From the NCBI GenBank assembly GCA_030744875.1, contig JASLPR010000047.1:914-64913 (forward strand): DNA of 64,000 nucleotides. Reading direction: 5' to 3'. The DNA is from Chloroflexota bacterium. GTDB taxonomy: Bacteria; Chloroflexota; UBA11872; VXNJ01. A program made the position numbers and the translations under genes. Below, in pieces: positions 1 to 9,803 of the stretch; position 1 is the stretch's first letter, and every line of letters starts with the position of its first letter. The notes under the pieces were generated by a model. The model saw only the letters and a program-made list of their open reading frames with translations. It was not told the origin of the DNA and ran no database searches.

Positions 1-1
1 C

Positions 2-295
2 GGGCTACGCGAAGTCTTCGCCCGCCACGGCATCCCCTGCAGCGTCAACGGATTCGGCACCCGCTTCGCCCTCTACTTCGGCCAGGAACCCGACTTCACG
101 CCCCGCGCCTACCAGGACATCACCGGCTGCGACACCGCCCTGCTACGCCGTTTCGCCCGCGCTTGTTTCGAGCAGCAAGTCATCTTCCACGCCTACGACG
201 TCGTTATCGGCCATCACGGTTTCGGCCAGGCCCACGACCCCGCCGTCATCGACGAAGCCCTCGACCGCATAGATCGCGCCTGCGCCGCCCTCTAG
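2..295 (+). CDS. class-III PLP aminotransferase (glutamate-1-semialdehyde aminomutase-like), C-terminal fragment cut by the window edge
   Basis: Frame 2 reads GLREVFARHGIPCSVNGFGTRFALYFG...VIFHAYDVVIGHHGFGQAHD...LDRIDRACAAL, then TAG at 293-295. This resembles the C-terminus of class-III aminotransferases. Confidence 0.55.
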   Translation, partial: GLREVFARHGIPCSVNGFGTRFALYFGQEPDFTPRAYQDITGCDTALLRRFARACFEQQVIFHAYDVVIGHHGFGQAHDPAVIDEALDRIDRACAAL

Positions 296-313
296 ATTTC
301 TGCCCCGGCCCGC

Positions 314-1018
314 CTAACCCGGCAGATCGAACAGCACGACTTCCACCATCGCCCTTCCCCGAACTGCAACCTCCGGCTCTCCCGTGTACTCCAGCGCGTT
401 CCCGGCCACCAGCGTCTTTCCCGCCGCCTCGATCTCGCGCGAAGCCACGAACAGGTAGGCCGACCGGCCGGCCGCCAGCGCGTGACTCACCCCCACTTCC
501 GGCTCAATCCGGCCAAGCAGGAAAGTCACGTCCTGGTGAATCGCCAGCCTCCCCTCATCCCCACCCGCCACCACCACCGGCAGTAACCGGTTCAACCGCT
601 GCTCCCGCGTCGTCTCCAGTTACTCGTAGCCTGGCGCAATGCCCTCCCGTTCCGGGATCAGCCAGATCTGCAGGAAGTGGCACGGCTCGGTTTGCGAGGC
701 GTTGATCTCCGAGTGAAACACCCCGGTCCCGGCCGACATCCGCTGCACCCTACCGGCCGGCAGGATCTCCGCGTTGCAGGCGCTGTCTTCGTGCCGCAGA
801 CCGCCCTCCAGCACGTAGGTGATGATTTCCATATTCGCGTGCGGATGGCGGCCCAACCCGGTCCCCGGCTCGATCCGATCGTCATTCAGCACCCGCAGTA
901 CGCTGAAGTTCATCCGCTCCGGATCTAGGTAGTGCGAGAACGAAAAGCTGTGCCGCGAGTCCAGCCAGTCGATGTTAGTGATGCCCCGCGTGTCCGCCGG
1001 GCGAAGTGTTGTTGGCAT
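314..1018 (-). pseudogene. pirin (YhhW-like bicupin) interrupted by an in-frame TAA
   Basis: N-terminal cupin (MPTTLRPADTRGITNIDWLDSRHSFSFSHY...HPHANMEIITYVLEG...QIWLIPEREGIAPGYE) and C-terminal cupin (ORF 314-595) are in the same frame. They are separated only by TAA at 620-622. Confidence 0.8.
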
Positions 1019-1220
1019 CCGAGCGCCCCGTCGCTTTCCCGTATTTCCACGCTGGCGATCCCCGACCTGCCTGATCTCCAAACATAGCCCGCCGCGCCCA
1101 AACCTCCGCCACCGTCCCGACCAATTGCTCCGTCGTGCACGGCTTCGGCAACAGTGCCGCCACTCCCGGTCGGTGCATCGCCCGGTCCATCCTCCGTCCC
1201 GATATGGGACACTGGGGCCC

Positions 1221-2162
1221 ATGAACGTCCTCGTCACCGGCGGCATGGGCAACCTCGGCTCCCGCCTCGCCGCCTGCCTCGCCGAACGCGGCGACCGCGT
1301 CACCGTCCTCGATCTCCGCCCCGAGCCTCTCGAAGATTCCCCCGCCTTCCGCCTTTGCCACCTCCTCACTGGCGACATCGCCGACCCGGCCGCCCTGCAG
1401 CCCATCTTCGCGGACGGTTCCTTCGACTCCGTCTTCCACCTCGCCGCCCTGCTTTCCGCCGACTCCGAGCGGGACGCAAAGCGCGCCTGGCGGGTCAACC
1501 TAGAAGGCGCCCGCCACATCCTCCAGGACGCGGCCGCGCACGGTGTCGCCCGGGTTATCTTCGCCAGCTCCACCGCCTCCTTCGGTCCCGGCCTCCCCCC
1601 GCCAGTCCAGCTCGATTCTCCCCAGTGGCCAGCCAGCCTCTACGGGGCCACCAAGGTCGCCGGCGAGCGCCTCGGCGTCTACTTCCACCATCGCTGTGGG
1701 CTCGATTTTCGCGGGCTCCGCATCCCGGCGGTGGTCGCCCCGCGCGGCGCCGGCGGTGGCGCCACCGCCTTCTGCTCCGAGGTCTTTGAGCAGGCGGTAC
1801 GGAACGGCCGCTATGAGTTCTATGTCGAGCCCGCCGCCGGCCGCCCGCTCATCTACATCGACGACGCCGTTCGTGCTTTGCTCGCCCTCCACGACGCCCC
1901 GGCGGAAGACCTCACCCGCCGCGTCTACCAGGTCGCCGGCATCCCCGCCACCGCCCGCGAAATGGCCGCCGCCGTCCTCGCCAGGCTTCCCGAAGTTGAC
2001 TTCAGCTACCGACCTGATCCCCTCCGGAACGCCATCGCGAGAAGCCTCCCCATCCACATCGACGACTCCCACGCCGTCCGCGACTGGAACTGGTCCCCGC
2101 GCTACGATCTCCCCGCCATGACCCTGCGCATGATCGAAGAGCTGCAAAAGGAGTCTCCGTGA
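1221..2162 (+). CDS. NAD-dependent epimerase/dehydratase (extended SDR)
   Basis: ATG at 1221 gives MNVLVTGGMGNLGSRLAACLAERGDRVTVLD (Rossmann GxxGxxG) and a YGATK catalytic motif. The upstream part of the 396-aa ORF is Pro/Arg-rich off-frame-like text. Confidence 0.8.
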   Translation: MNVLVTGGMGNLGSRLAACLAERGDRVTVLDLRPEPLEDSPAFRLCHLLTGDIADPAALQPIFADGSFDSVFHLAALLSADSERDAKRAWRVNLEGARHILQDAAAHGVARVIFASSTASFGPGLPPPVQLDSPQWPASLYGATKVAGERLGVYFHHRCGLDFRGLRIPAVVAPRGAGGGATAFCSEVFEQAVRNGRYEFYVEPAAGRPLIYIDDAVRALLALHDAPAEDLTRRVYQVAGIPATAREMAAAVLARLPEVDFSYRPDPLRNAIARSLPIHIDDSHAVRDWNWSPRYDLPAMTLRMIEELQKESP

Positions 2163-3001
2163 GCGCCGGCAAACCCTGCATCATCTGCGTCGCCATCACC
2201 GGCTCCGTTCCCACCAAAGCCAACAACCCCGCCCTCCCCATCACCATCGCTGAGCAGATCGAAAGCGCCCACGCTGCCTTTGAAGCCGGCGCCGCCATCG
2301 CCCACTGCCACGTCCGCAACGACGACGGCACCACCACCTCCGACCCGGCCCGCTTCGCCCTGCTGCTGGACGGTCTCCGCAAGCACTGCCCCGGCATGAT
2401 CATCCAGTTCTCCACCGGCGGGCGTTCCGGCGCCGGCAAAGCCCGCGGCGGCATGCTCTCCCTCTCCCCCGACATGGCCTCTCTCACAACTGGCTCCAAC
2501 AACTTCCCGACCACGGTCTACGAGAACCCGCCGGACCTGGTCGACTGGCTCGCCGCCGAGATGCGTACCCACAACGTCCGCCCCGAAATCGAAGCCTTCG
2601 ATCTCTCCCACATCCACCAGGCCGCCAAAATGTACGCCGACGGCCGTCTCCCGCAGCTACCGTATATCCAGTTCGTCATGGGCGTCACCAACGCCATGCC
2701 CGCCGACCGCGACGTCTTCGACTACTACCTCAAGACTGTCAACCGCCTCCTGCCCGGCGCCCTCTGGTGCGCCGCCGGCATCGGCCGCGCCCAGCGCATC
2801 GTCAACGAATGGTGCATCGAGATGGGCGGGCACACCCGCACCGGCATGGAAGACAACATCCGCCTTGACCGCGATACCTTTGCACCTTCCAACGCCGCGC
2901 TGGTCGAGATCACGGCCGAGCTCTGCCGCAAGCACGACCGCCCCGTCGCCACCTGGCAACAGGCCCGCAAGATTCTCAATCTGCCGCTCGCCGCCGGCTA
3001 G
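2159..3001 (+). CDS. beta-keto acid cleavage enzyme (BKACE / 3-keto-5-aminohexanoate cleavage, DUF849)
   Basis: CIICVAITGSVPTK...HCHVRNDDG...IIQFSTGGR...EIEAFD...GHTRTGMEDN is the family signature as I recall it. The GTG start overlaps the upstream stop (GTGA). Confidence 0.8.
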   Translation: MSAGKPCIICVAITGSVPTKANNPALPITIAEQIESAHAAFEAGAAIAHCHVRNDDGTTTSDPARFALLLDGLRKHCPGMIIQFSTGGRSGAGKARGGMLSLSPDMASLTTGSNNFPTTVYENPPDLVDWLAAEMRTHNVRPEIEAFDLSHIHQAAKMYADGRLPQLPYIQFVMGVTNAMPADRDVFDYYLKTVNRLLPGALWCAAGIGRAQRIVNEWCIEMGGHTRTGMEDNIRLDRDTFAPSNAALVEITAELCRKHDRPVATWQQARKILNLPLAAG

Positions 3002-3013
3002 CGGCGGAGGCCC

Positions 3014-4762
3014 CTACCCCAGTTCCACCGAAACGACCGCCAGCCCGCCCCGCGACTCCGCGTCGATCGTCAGCGCCTCCAGCCGCAACTCGTGCACCCC
3101 CGCCGCATCGATCTCCACCTCGCCCAGGCGCGTCGCGAACTGCGGGAAATATTCGGCGTGGGCGCTTCTGATCGCCTCATCGGCCGTCAAATCCCCGGCC
3201 AGCGAATCCCCCCCGACTCCCACCATCACCCGGTGCCCGCCCTCCCACACATGCAGGCCGCGCTGACTGCCGGTCACCACCTTCACCGCGAACCTTCCCG
3301 GCCGGCTCACCTTGAACTGCCAGCTCAACGAATGCTCCGTGTTGTACCAATTCTGAGTCATCCCGCTCTGGCCGATCTCAATCGCGTCGTCGGTCGGTCC
3401 GTGCCGCTCGGCCATACTTGGAATCAGGCGGATCGTCCCGTCCGGCTGCTGCATCGCCAGCGGCTCAACCTGGGGCGCGCCGTCCAGGTCCAGCACCACC
3501 ACGCTCACGTTCTCGTCTGGCGCCTTCGCCGGCAGCGAAAGCCGCAGCATGTCGTGCTCCCCGCCCGCGTTCGCCTCCTGCGCAGCCTCCGCCGCCGTCC
3601 CCGGCTCGGCCAGCAGATACACCTTCTGTACCGTGCTGCGCAGCCCGTGCAACCTGAACTCCGCCCCCGGCCAATCCTTGAACATCAAAAACAACTTCTT
3701 CCCCTTCACCGTCACCGCCCCCCAGTCGAACGAGTACGGAAACGGACTCGGCTCCGTCCCATAAATCGCCTCCCCGTTCACCTCCAGCCAATCCCCGATC
3801 GCCCGCATCCGTTCCGCGCTCACCGCCGGGATCTCACCCTCCGCCGTCGGCCCCACGTTCAGCAGGTAATTCACACCCTTGCCGGCCAGGTCCACCAGCA
3901 GATGCAGCAGCGTCCCCACTGATTTCCAATTGTGATCGCTCGTCTTGAACGCCCACGTATCGTTCATCGTCGCCGGCGTCTCCCAGACCCCGTCCACCAC
4001 CCCGCTCGGAATCTCGTTATCGCCCATATTCCCGTAGTCCGCCACCCCGTTTCCGACCCGCCCGCTCACCAGGCAGTCCGGCTGCAGCTCGTGCACGAAC
4101 CCCACCAGGTCCACACTCTGCTCGCGGGTAATAAGGATCGGCGTGTCAAACCAGATCAATCCGATCGGCCCGTACTGAGTCAGGATTTCCCTGACCTGCG
4201 GCTTCACCTTCTCCTCCAGGTAACCTGCGAAATCCCGCTCTTCATAGGGTTGCGTGAAATCCCAGGTATTCCCCGACGCGTCCGCCCGGTGCCAGTCCTG
4301 GTCCTGCGAGTAGTAGAAACACAGCGGCATCCCCGCCTCCCGGCAGGCCTCCGCCAGGTCTTTCGCCGGATCCCGTGCATACGGCGTCGCGTCCACGATG
4401 TCGTAGTCACTCACCGCCGAGTCGTACAGCGCGAACCCATCATGATGCTTCGACGTGAACACCAGGTACTTCGCCCCCGCGTCCTTCGCCACCGCCACCC
4501 ACTCCCGCGCGTCGAACTTCACCGGATTGAACTCCGGCGCCAGCTTCTCGTAGTCCGCCACCGGAATCTGCGCGTTGAACATGATCCATTCCGCCAGGCC
4601 GTCCACGTCCTTGCCGTCCCACCTGCCCGCCAGGCTCGAGTACAGCCCCCAGTGGATGAACATCCCGAACCGGGCTTCCGACCACCAGGCCAGGCGATCG
4701 CGATCCTCCTGCGACTCGATCTTCCGGCCCCGCGTATCCCGATCGCGATATCTCGTCGCCAT
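3014..4762 (-). CDS. alpha-L-fucosidase (GH29) with C-terminal beta-sandwich domain
   Basis: WWSEARFGMFIHWGLYS...FTSKHHDGFALYDS...IWFD motifs in an intact 582-aa ORF. Confidence 0.85.
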   Translation of the reverse strand: MATRYRDRDTRGRKIESQEDRDRLAWWSEARFGMFIHWGLYSSLAGRWDGKDVDGLAEWIMFNAQIPVADYEKLAPEFNPVKFDAREWVAVAKDAGAKYLVFTSKHHDGFALYDSAVSDYDIVDATPYARDPAKDLAEACREAGMPLCFYYSQDQDWHRADASGNTWDFTQPYEERDFAGYLEEKVKPQVREILTQYGPIGLIWFDTPILITREQSVDLVGFVHELQPDCLVSGRVGNGVADYGNMGDNEIPSGVVDGVWETPATMNDTWAFKTSDHNWKSVGTLLHLLVDLAGKGVNYLLNVGPTAEGEIPAVSAERMRAIGDWLEVNGEAIYGTEPSPFPYSFDWGAVTVKGKKLFLMFKDWPGAEFRLHGLRSTVQKVYLLAEPGTAAEAAQEANAGGEHDMLRLSLPAKAPDENVSVVVLDLDGAPQVEPLAMQQPDGTIRLIPSMAERHGPTDDAIEIGQSGMTQNWYNTEHSLSWQFKVSRPGRFAVKVVTGSQRGLHVWEGGHRVMVGVGGDSLAGDLTADEAIRSAHAEYFPQFATRLGEVEIDAAGVHELRLEALTIDAESRGGLAVVSVELG

Positions 4763-4907
4763 GTCCGTCCACTCCCTGCCTGCGCTGTTTGTCCGCCGAT
4801 TCTAAGCGCCCGGTAGACCTAAAGGTAGTCACGTCCTCTGGTGCCCGCCCTACGATCCGGGCAGAATGACCGGGGGGCCGACCGCGCGCCTACCGAGGGG
4901 GGAAGAA

Positions 4908-6071
4908 ATGCGCCGAGTCCACATCTACACCGCGATCCTCACCCTCCTCCTGGCAATCGCGCTGGTCGCCTGTGGCGGCAGCGACGCCGAAGCTCCCGTC
5001 GCGGCCGAGACCGCCGCCGCCGTCGCAGCGCCCGCCGCCAGGGCCGCCCCCGCAGCGCCGACCCCCGCCCCGACCAGGCCGGCGACGGAGACGGCAGAGA
5101 AGAGCGTGCCAGCGCCGCCGCCCGAGTCGATTGAAGATGGCGCCGGAATGCCCGTCCAAGAGGTCGATCCTTTCGCCCTCGAGATTTCCTCCGACCAGCG
5201 CTCCGGCGACCTCTTCGCCTTCGCCTCCGACCGCGACGGCAACCTCGAGATTTACACCGCCAAAATCGACGGATCCGACGTCGCCCGCCTGACCAACGAC
5301 GCCGCCGCCGACCGCTGGCCGGCGTTCTCCCCCGACGGCGCGTACCTGGCCTTTTCTTCGCTGCGCACCGGCCTATGGGCCACCTTCTTGATGCGCATCG
5401 ACGGCTCCGGCCTGCAACAAATCTCCGGCGTCGCCGGCTCCAACGACCTCTACCCCGCGTTCAGTCCCGACGGGATCCGGCTAGCCGTCGTCCGCGACGA
5501 ATCCGAGCTGGTCATCATCGAATTCGCCGCGCCATTCAACGAAGAAGTCATCCACAGCGGCGCCCTCGGCCGCGCCTTCTGGTCGCCCGACGGCGAGTAC
5601 GTCCTGGTGGTCGACAACGAAGGCCGCGAAGCCGTCGCCGTCGAGCCCGACGGCACCGTCCGCGAAGAGGGCATCCTGTTTCCCTGCGTCGCCAACAAAG
5701 ACGACAATCACGCCTGGACCGCCTACGTCATCGACGCCGGCGCCGCCGGCGCCTCGGCCTTCGGCGATGTCCTCGCCGAGCCCTGCACCCGCAAGGGTCT
5801 CGTCAACGACCTCGGCGGCGGCTCCTTCATGTTCGTCACCCGCTTCGACGGCTCCGAAGTCCAGACCATCATCTACCTGCAGAGCTTCATCGCCGTAGGC
5901 TTCCCGGCGCCCTCGCCCGACGGCACCGGCCTGATCTACACCCGCCAGGCCGGCGACATGGTCAACACCCGCGACATCCTGATCCTCGACCTGGAGAACC
6001 CGCCCGAGCGCGGCCAGTTCGGCGACCTCCTCACCAAGAACGACTTCAACGACACCGACCCCGCCTGGTGA
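4908..6071 (+). CDS. TolB-like beta-propeller (PD40 repeat) lipoprotein
   Basis: ATG at 4908 follows GAGGGGGGAAG. Signal/lipobox is MRRVHIYTAILTLLLAIALVACGG. Repeated FSPDG...LAF/LAV motifs are present. Confidence 0.7.
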   Translation: MRRVHIYTAILTLLLAIALVACGGSDAEAPVAAETAAAVAAPAARAAPAAPTPAPTRPATETAEKSVPAPPPESIEDGAGMPVQEVDPFALEISSDQRSGDLFAFASDRDGNLEIYTAKIDGSDVARLTNDAAADRWPAFSPDGAYLAFSSLRTGLWATFLMRIDGSGLQQISGVAGSNDLYPAFSPDGIRLAVVRDESELVIIEFAAPFNEEVIHSGALGRAFWSPDGEYVLVVDNEGREAVAVEPDGTVREEGILFPCVANKDDNHAWTAYVIDAGAAGASAFGDVLAEPCTRKGLVNDLGGGSFMFVTRFDGSEVQTIIYLQSFIAVGFPAPSPDGTGLIYTRQAGDMVNTRDILILDLENPPERGQFGDLLTKNDFNDTDPAW

Positions 6072-7097
6072 TGGGCGTCTTCCCTGGAAGCGACTGGCAG
6101 ACCGCCGACCCCGCCGAACTAGGCTTTGATTCGGACAAGCTCGCCGCTGTCGGCCGGTGGCAGACCGGGATCGCCGGCGACAACCCCTACCGCCTCCTCG
6201 TCGTCCGCCACGGCCGAATCGCCGCCGAATGGAACCAGGGCGTCCCGGTCGATGAGCGTCAGTACCAGGCCTCCGCCTGGAAATCCACGCTCTCCTCCAC
6301 CCTCGCCATAACCATCGCCGACGGCCGCATCGGCTCTGCCGACGACCCGGTCGTCGACTATTACCCCGAGTTGATGGACGTCCCCGAAGGCTTCGGACCC
6401 AAGCCTGGCCGCCACGCCTTCCCCGAAAACGCCGCCATCACCTTCCGCCAGCTCATCGGCAACACCTCCGGCTACATGAAGCCCGGCGAAGCCCCCGGCC
6501 AGAAGTTCCACTACCAGACCTTCGGCATGAACATCCTCTCCCACGCCATCGCCGCCACCTACAACGCCTACAAGACCTCCGACCCCGAGGCCGGACCCGG
6601 CATCGGCAGCCTTTTCGACCGTTGGATTCGCGACCCCATTGGCGGATCCTGGACCTGGCGTTACCAGAACTTCGCCATGTCCGATGTCGCTCGCAAGGGC
6701 GTCTTCGGCTACGCCACGATCTTGGAGTGCACCGCCCGCGATATGGCCCGGCTCGGCTTTCTCTGGCTCAACGACGGCGTCTGGGACGGCCAACAAATCG
6801 TCCCCGCCGCCTGGCTCCGCGAAGCCACCGTCGTCTCCGACATGGTCAAAGCCGCCGAGCCCGAAGCAGGGTGGCGCTACGGCCTCGGCTTCTGGTGCAA
6901 CGACCAGGGCCGCACCTGGACCGAGCTGCCCCGCAATTGCTTCGCCGCCATCGGCGCCGGCTACCAGGTCATCATGGTCTGCCGCGATTCCGACCTGGTC
7001 GTCGTGCAGAGCCCCGGCGCCCCGACCCACCCCTACATTCTCGGCGATCGACTACGGCCAGGCCGCCGCCAGAGTCCTCGCCGCCCTCGACGACTAA
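6071..7097 (+). pseudogene. serine hydrolase (beta-lactamase/transpeptidase-like fold), apparent frameshift near the 3' end
   Basis: ATG at 6071 overlaps the upstream TGA. An SxxK-like ASAWKS motif is present. Protein-like text runs to ...VVVQSPGAPTHPYILG in one frame and continues as ...IDYGQAAARVLAALDD-TAA (7095-7097) in another. The original frame instead runs 380 nt further as Pro/Arg-rich text across the next gene. Confidence 0.55.
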
Positions 7098-7191
7098 TCC
7101 GCGGGGCTTGGGCTTTCGCCCGCCATCCAGTATTTTCCACTTGTCACCTGCGAGCCGGCCGGGGCGTCGGCGGAACGAACGTAGCAGACCC

Positions 7192-7650
7192 ATGGCCGAC
7201 TCCACCGACCTTGATCCGTATGAGGCCACTGTCGCCGATCTCCTCCGGCGCGACATGTGCCCGCCGCCGCTCACCGTCACCGAAGACGAGCCTCTCCTCC
7301 AGATGGCCCAGGAGATGTTGGCGCAACCCGCGGTCGGCATCATCGTCTCCCGCACCCTGGCCGAGCACTTCTTCGTCGAGGAGTTCCCCGAAGTCGTCTT
7401 CGGTGAAGTTGCCGATCTGCGCTCCTCGCTCGACGCCGTCCGCGTCGGCCAGCGCTACCACTCCGCGTCCGAGATGATGAGCGACCCGGTTGCCGTCCGC
7501 CCTGACGACAGCCTCCACGACGCCTTCGTACTCATCCACGCCACCCGCGCCACCGGACTCCCGGTCGTCGACGAAAGCGGCCGTCCGGTCGCCTACCTTG
7601 ACCTCATGACCGTCGCCCTGCTCCATGGTGAAGACGCCCGCACCGACTAG
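7192..7650 (+). CDS. CBS-domain pair protein
   Basis: MADSTDLDPYEATVADLLRRDM...VSRTL... and ...SEMMSDPVAVRPDDSLHDAFVLIHATRATGLPVVDESGRPVAYLDLMTV look like typical CBS repeats. Confidence 0.7.
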   Translation: MADSTDLDPYEATVADLLRRDMCPPPLTVTEDEPLLQMAQEMLAQPAVGIIVSRTLAEHFFVEEFPEVVFGEVADLRSSLDAVRVGQRYHSASEMMSDPVAVRPDDSLHDAFVLIHATRATGLPVVDESGRPVAYLDLMTVALLHGEDARTD

Positions 7651-7764
7651 CCCGCCCCGCCCGCCCCCAAATCCGCCGCTTCCACCCCGGCTCAGATGGC
7701 GCCACCCTGCCCGTAGTTGCTATCTTAGGGGGCCAAAACAGAACTCCAGCCCTAGGGGGCCGCT

Positions 7765-8055
7765 TTGCCCGATTCGCCCGTCATCGGCCTAACCGCTGCC
7801 GAAATCCAGGCCGCCATGGCCGAGCTCGTCGTCGAGCTGTTCAATTCGCCCCGTTTCGCCGAAGTCCCTACCGCGGTCCCCATCGAAGATCGCGGCATAG
7901 TCGTCGGCAACGCCGACACCGGCTGGTACCTGGTCAAGCCCCGCGAGCTCGCCTCCTACCTCGCCGCCGTCGTCCCTCGACTGCTCGAGCGCAACAACCA
8001 GCGCGTCGCCGAGCAGCTCCTCGCCGCCGGCATCAACCTCCCGCTTGCGACGTAG
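7765..8055 (+). CDS. hypothetical small protein (96 aa)
   Basis: The TTG start is preceded by AGGGGG 7 nt upstream. Composition is protein-like and I recognise no family. The 3' end overlaps the convergent gene by 23 nt. Confidence 0.4.
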   Translation: MPDSPVIGLTAAEIQAAMAELVVELFNSPRFAEVPTAVPIEDRGIVVGNADTGWYLVKPRELASYLAAVVPRLLERNNQRVAEQLLAAGINLPLAT

Positions 8056-9685
8056 TCCGCGACGTAATCAACGGTGCCAGCAGGTTGTCCACCGGCACGT
8101 AGTCGTCGGTCAGCAGGAAGTCGTCCCGCCCCACCAACTCCGCCACCCGGTCATCGGCCAGCACGTGGAATTCCACCGACCGCCCCAGCTCCAGCGCGAT
8201 CGGTGTGTACAGCGCCTCGAAATTCACCGGCTCATCTGACGACAGCACCACAAACGTCGTCCGTAGCGACGTATCCGACATGAAGTTGTCGGTCAGCACA
8301 TACACGTGGGCAAAGGCCTCCCGCGCCGTGCGCACATACGCCGCCAGGAAGTTGGCGTCCGGGAAGCGGTCGATCAGGTTCATCACGTAGATGCCGCCCG
8401 GCCGCAGCGCCCGCACCACCAGGCGGTTGAACTCCAGCGTCGTCAGGTGGTACGGCACCGAAAAGTTATGGAAAGCGTCCCCGAAAACGATGTCGTACTC
8501 GCCCTCCGGCACATTCCGGTCGAAGAACAGCCGCGCGTCCACCGTGTAGGTATGAATATTCAGCGCCGGGTCGATCCCCAGATCCTGGTAGGCCACCCGA
8601 AACACCTCCGGGTCGATTTCCAGCACATCCGACCGTCCATCCGGGTACATCACCTGCATCCAGCGCGGGAACGTATACCCGCCCCCGCCGATAAACAGGC
8701 TCTTCGGCGCCCGTTCCAGTCGCGTAATCTGCTGCACCACGTCGGCATACACCCGCTCGTAGCCGTAGCCCAATTTGAGCGGATCATCGCTGTTGTAGGA
8801 ATGCACCATCCCGTCCAGGATCAGCCGTCGCACCGTCGGGTCCGGCACCCGGCCCGGCCCGCGGTTGTCCCAGGAAATGCAGTAGTACTGGCTCTCGTAG
8901 TCACAGGGCGGCTTGAAGGCGCCGGTATTCAACAACAGCACCGAGCCGCCTATCACCACGGCAATCAGTCCCACCATCCGCCACAGGTATCGGTGCACCC
9001 GGCCGACGTAGGCCCCGATCACGAACAGGGTGATTGCCACCCCGAACACGATCGCCCGCGTCCCGAAGGTCGCCACCAGCACGAACCCGGTCAGGAAGGT
9101 CCCCAGGATGCTCCCGGCGGTTGACCAGGCATAGATCTTGCCGACTACGCCCCCCACCCCGCCTAGGTCGCGCACCGTCAGTCGGATGGTGATCGGTGTC
9201 ACCATCCCCAGGATCAGCGACGGCAGGAAGAAGGTGAATAGCGTAGCCAGCAGGTTCTGCGCCGCCGCCGGCAGATTCCAGCCCAGCACCAGGTGCACTG
9301 CCGGGTCCACTATCCCCAGCACCAGCAGCGCAGCCAGCGCCCCGGCCACGAATATCGTCCCCAGCAGCGTCTCCGAAGCCCGTGTATCCGCCAGCCGCCC
9401 ACCGGCGTAGTTGCCCAGCGCAATCCCCAGCAGCACCACGCCGATGATGCTCGTCCAGCTATAAAGGTTCACCCCGATGCTCGGGGCCATCAATCGCCCG
9501 GCCACCAGTTCCAGCACCAGGGTGGCGGCGCTGGCGATAAACACGACCGCGCTCGCTTTGACCAGCCCCCAGCGCGCCGCCTCGATCGAATCCGGCTCCG
9601 CATCCGCCGCCGCGGCCCGCCCCAAATCCGGCTCCGGGGTCTCTCCCGGGGCCGCCGCCGTTTCGCTCACCTCGTGCTCGGACAC
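8033..9685 (-). CDS. fused polytopic membrane domain / spermidine-synthase-like (PABS) protein
   Basis: Multiple N-terminal TM helices are followed by FIGGGGYTFPRW...IVFGDAFHNFSVPYHLTTLEF (class-I MTase/PABS fold). Start is uncertain: GTG at 9685 is chosen because the longer ORF would run into the divergent gene. Confidence 0.7.
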   Translation of the reverse strand: MSEHEVSETAAAPGETPEPDLGRAAAADAEPDSIEAARWGLVKASAVVFIASAATLVLELVAGRLMAPSIGVNLYSWTSIIGVVLLGIALGNYAGGRLADTRASETLLGTIFVAGALAALLVLGIVDPAVHLVLGWNLPAAAQNLLATLFTFFLPSLILGMVTPITIRLTVRDLGGVGGVVGKIYAWSTAGSILGTFLTGFVLVATFGTRAIVFGVAITLFVIGAYVGRVHRYLWRMVGLIAVVIGGSVLLLNTGAFKPPCDYESQYYCISWDNRGPGRVPDPTVRRLILDGMVHSYNSDDPLKLGYGYERVYADVVQQITRLERAPKSLFIGGGGYTFPRWMQVMYPDGRSDVLEIDPEVFRVAYQDLGIDPALNIHTYTVDARLFFDRNVPEGEYDIVFGDAFHNFSVPYHLTTLEFNRLVVRALRPGGIYVMNLIDRFPDANFLAAYVRTAREAFAHVYVLTDNFMSDTSLRTTFVVLSSDEPVNFEALYTPIALELGRSVEFHVLADDRVAELVGRDDFLLTDDYVPVDNLLAPLITSRTTSQAGG

Positions 9686-9803
9686 CCCGTGAGTCTGCCA
9701 CAATCCCCGACAGGGGATCGAACGGCGCCGGGCAATATACTCAGCCCACAGCCGCCCGCCGTTCCCGGGAGCCACCGTTGCCTTTGCCGAAACCGACCCA
9801 CTC

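Noticed and set aside
7720-7764. Direct repeat TAGGGGGCC x2 upstream of the small ORF at 7765
   Set aside because: The second copy is best explained as the Shine-Dalgarno sequence (AGGGGG) for the TTG start. A 9-nt duplicate in GC-rich DNA is weak evidence for anything else.
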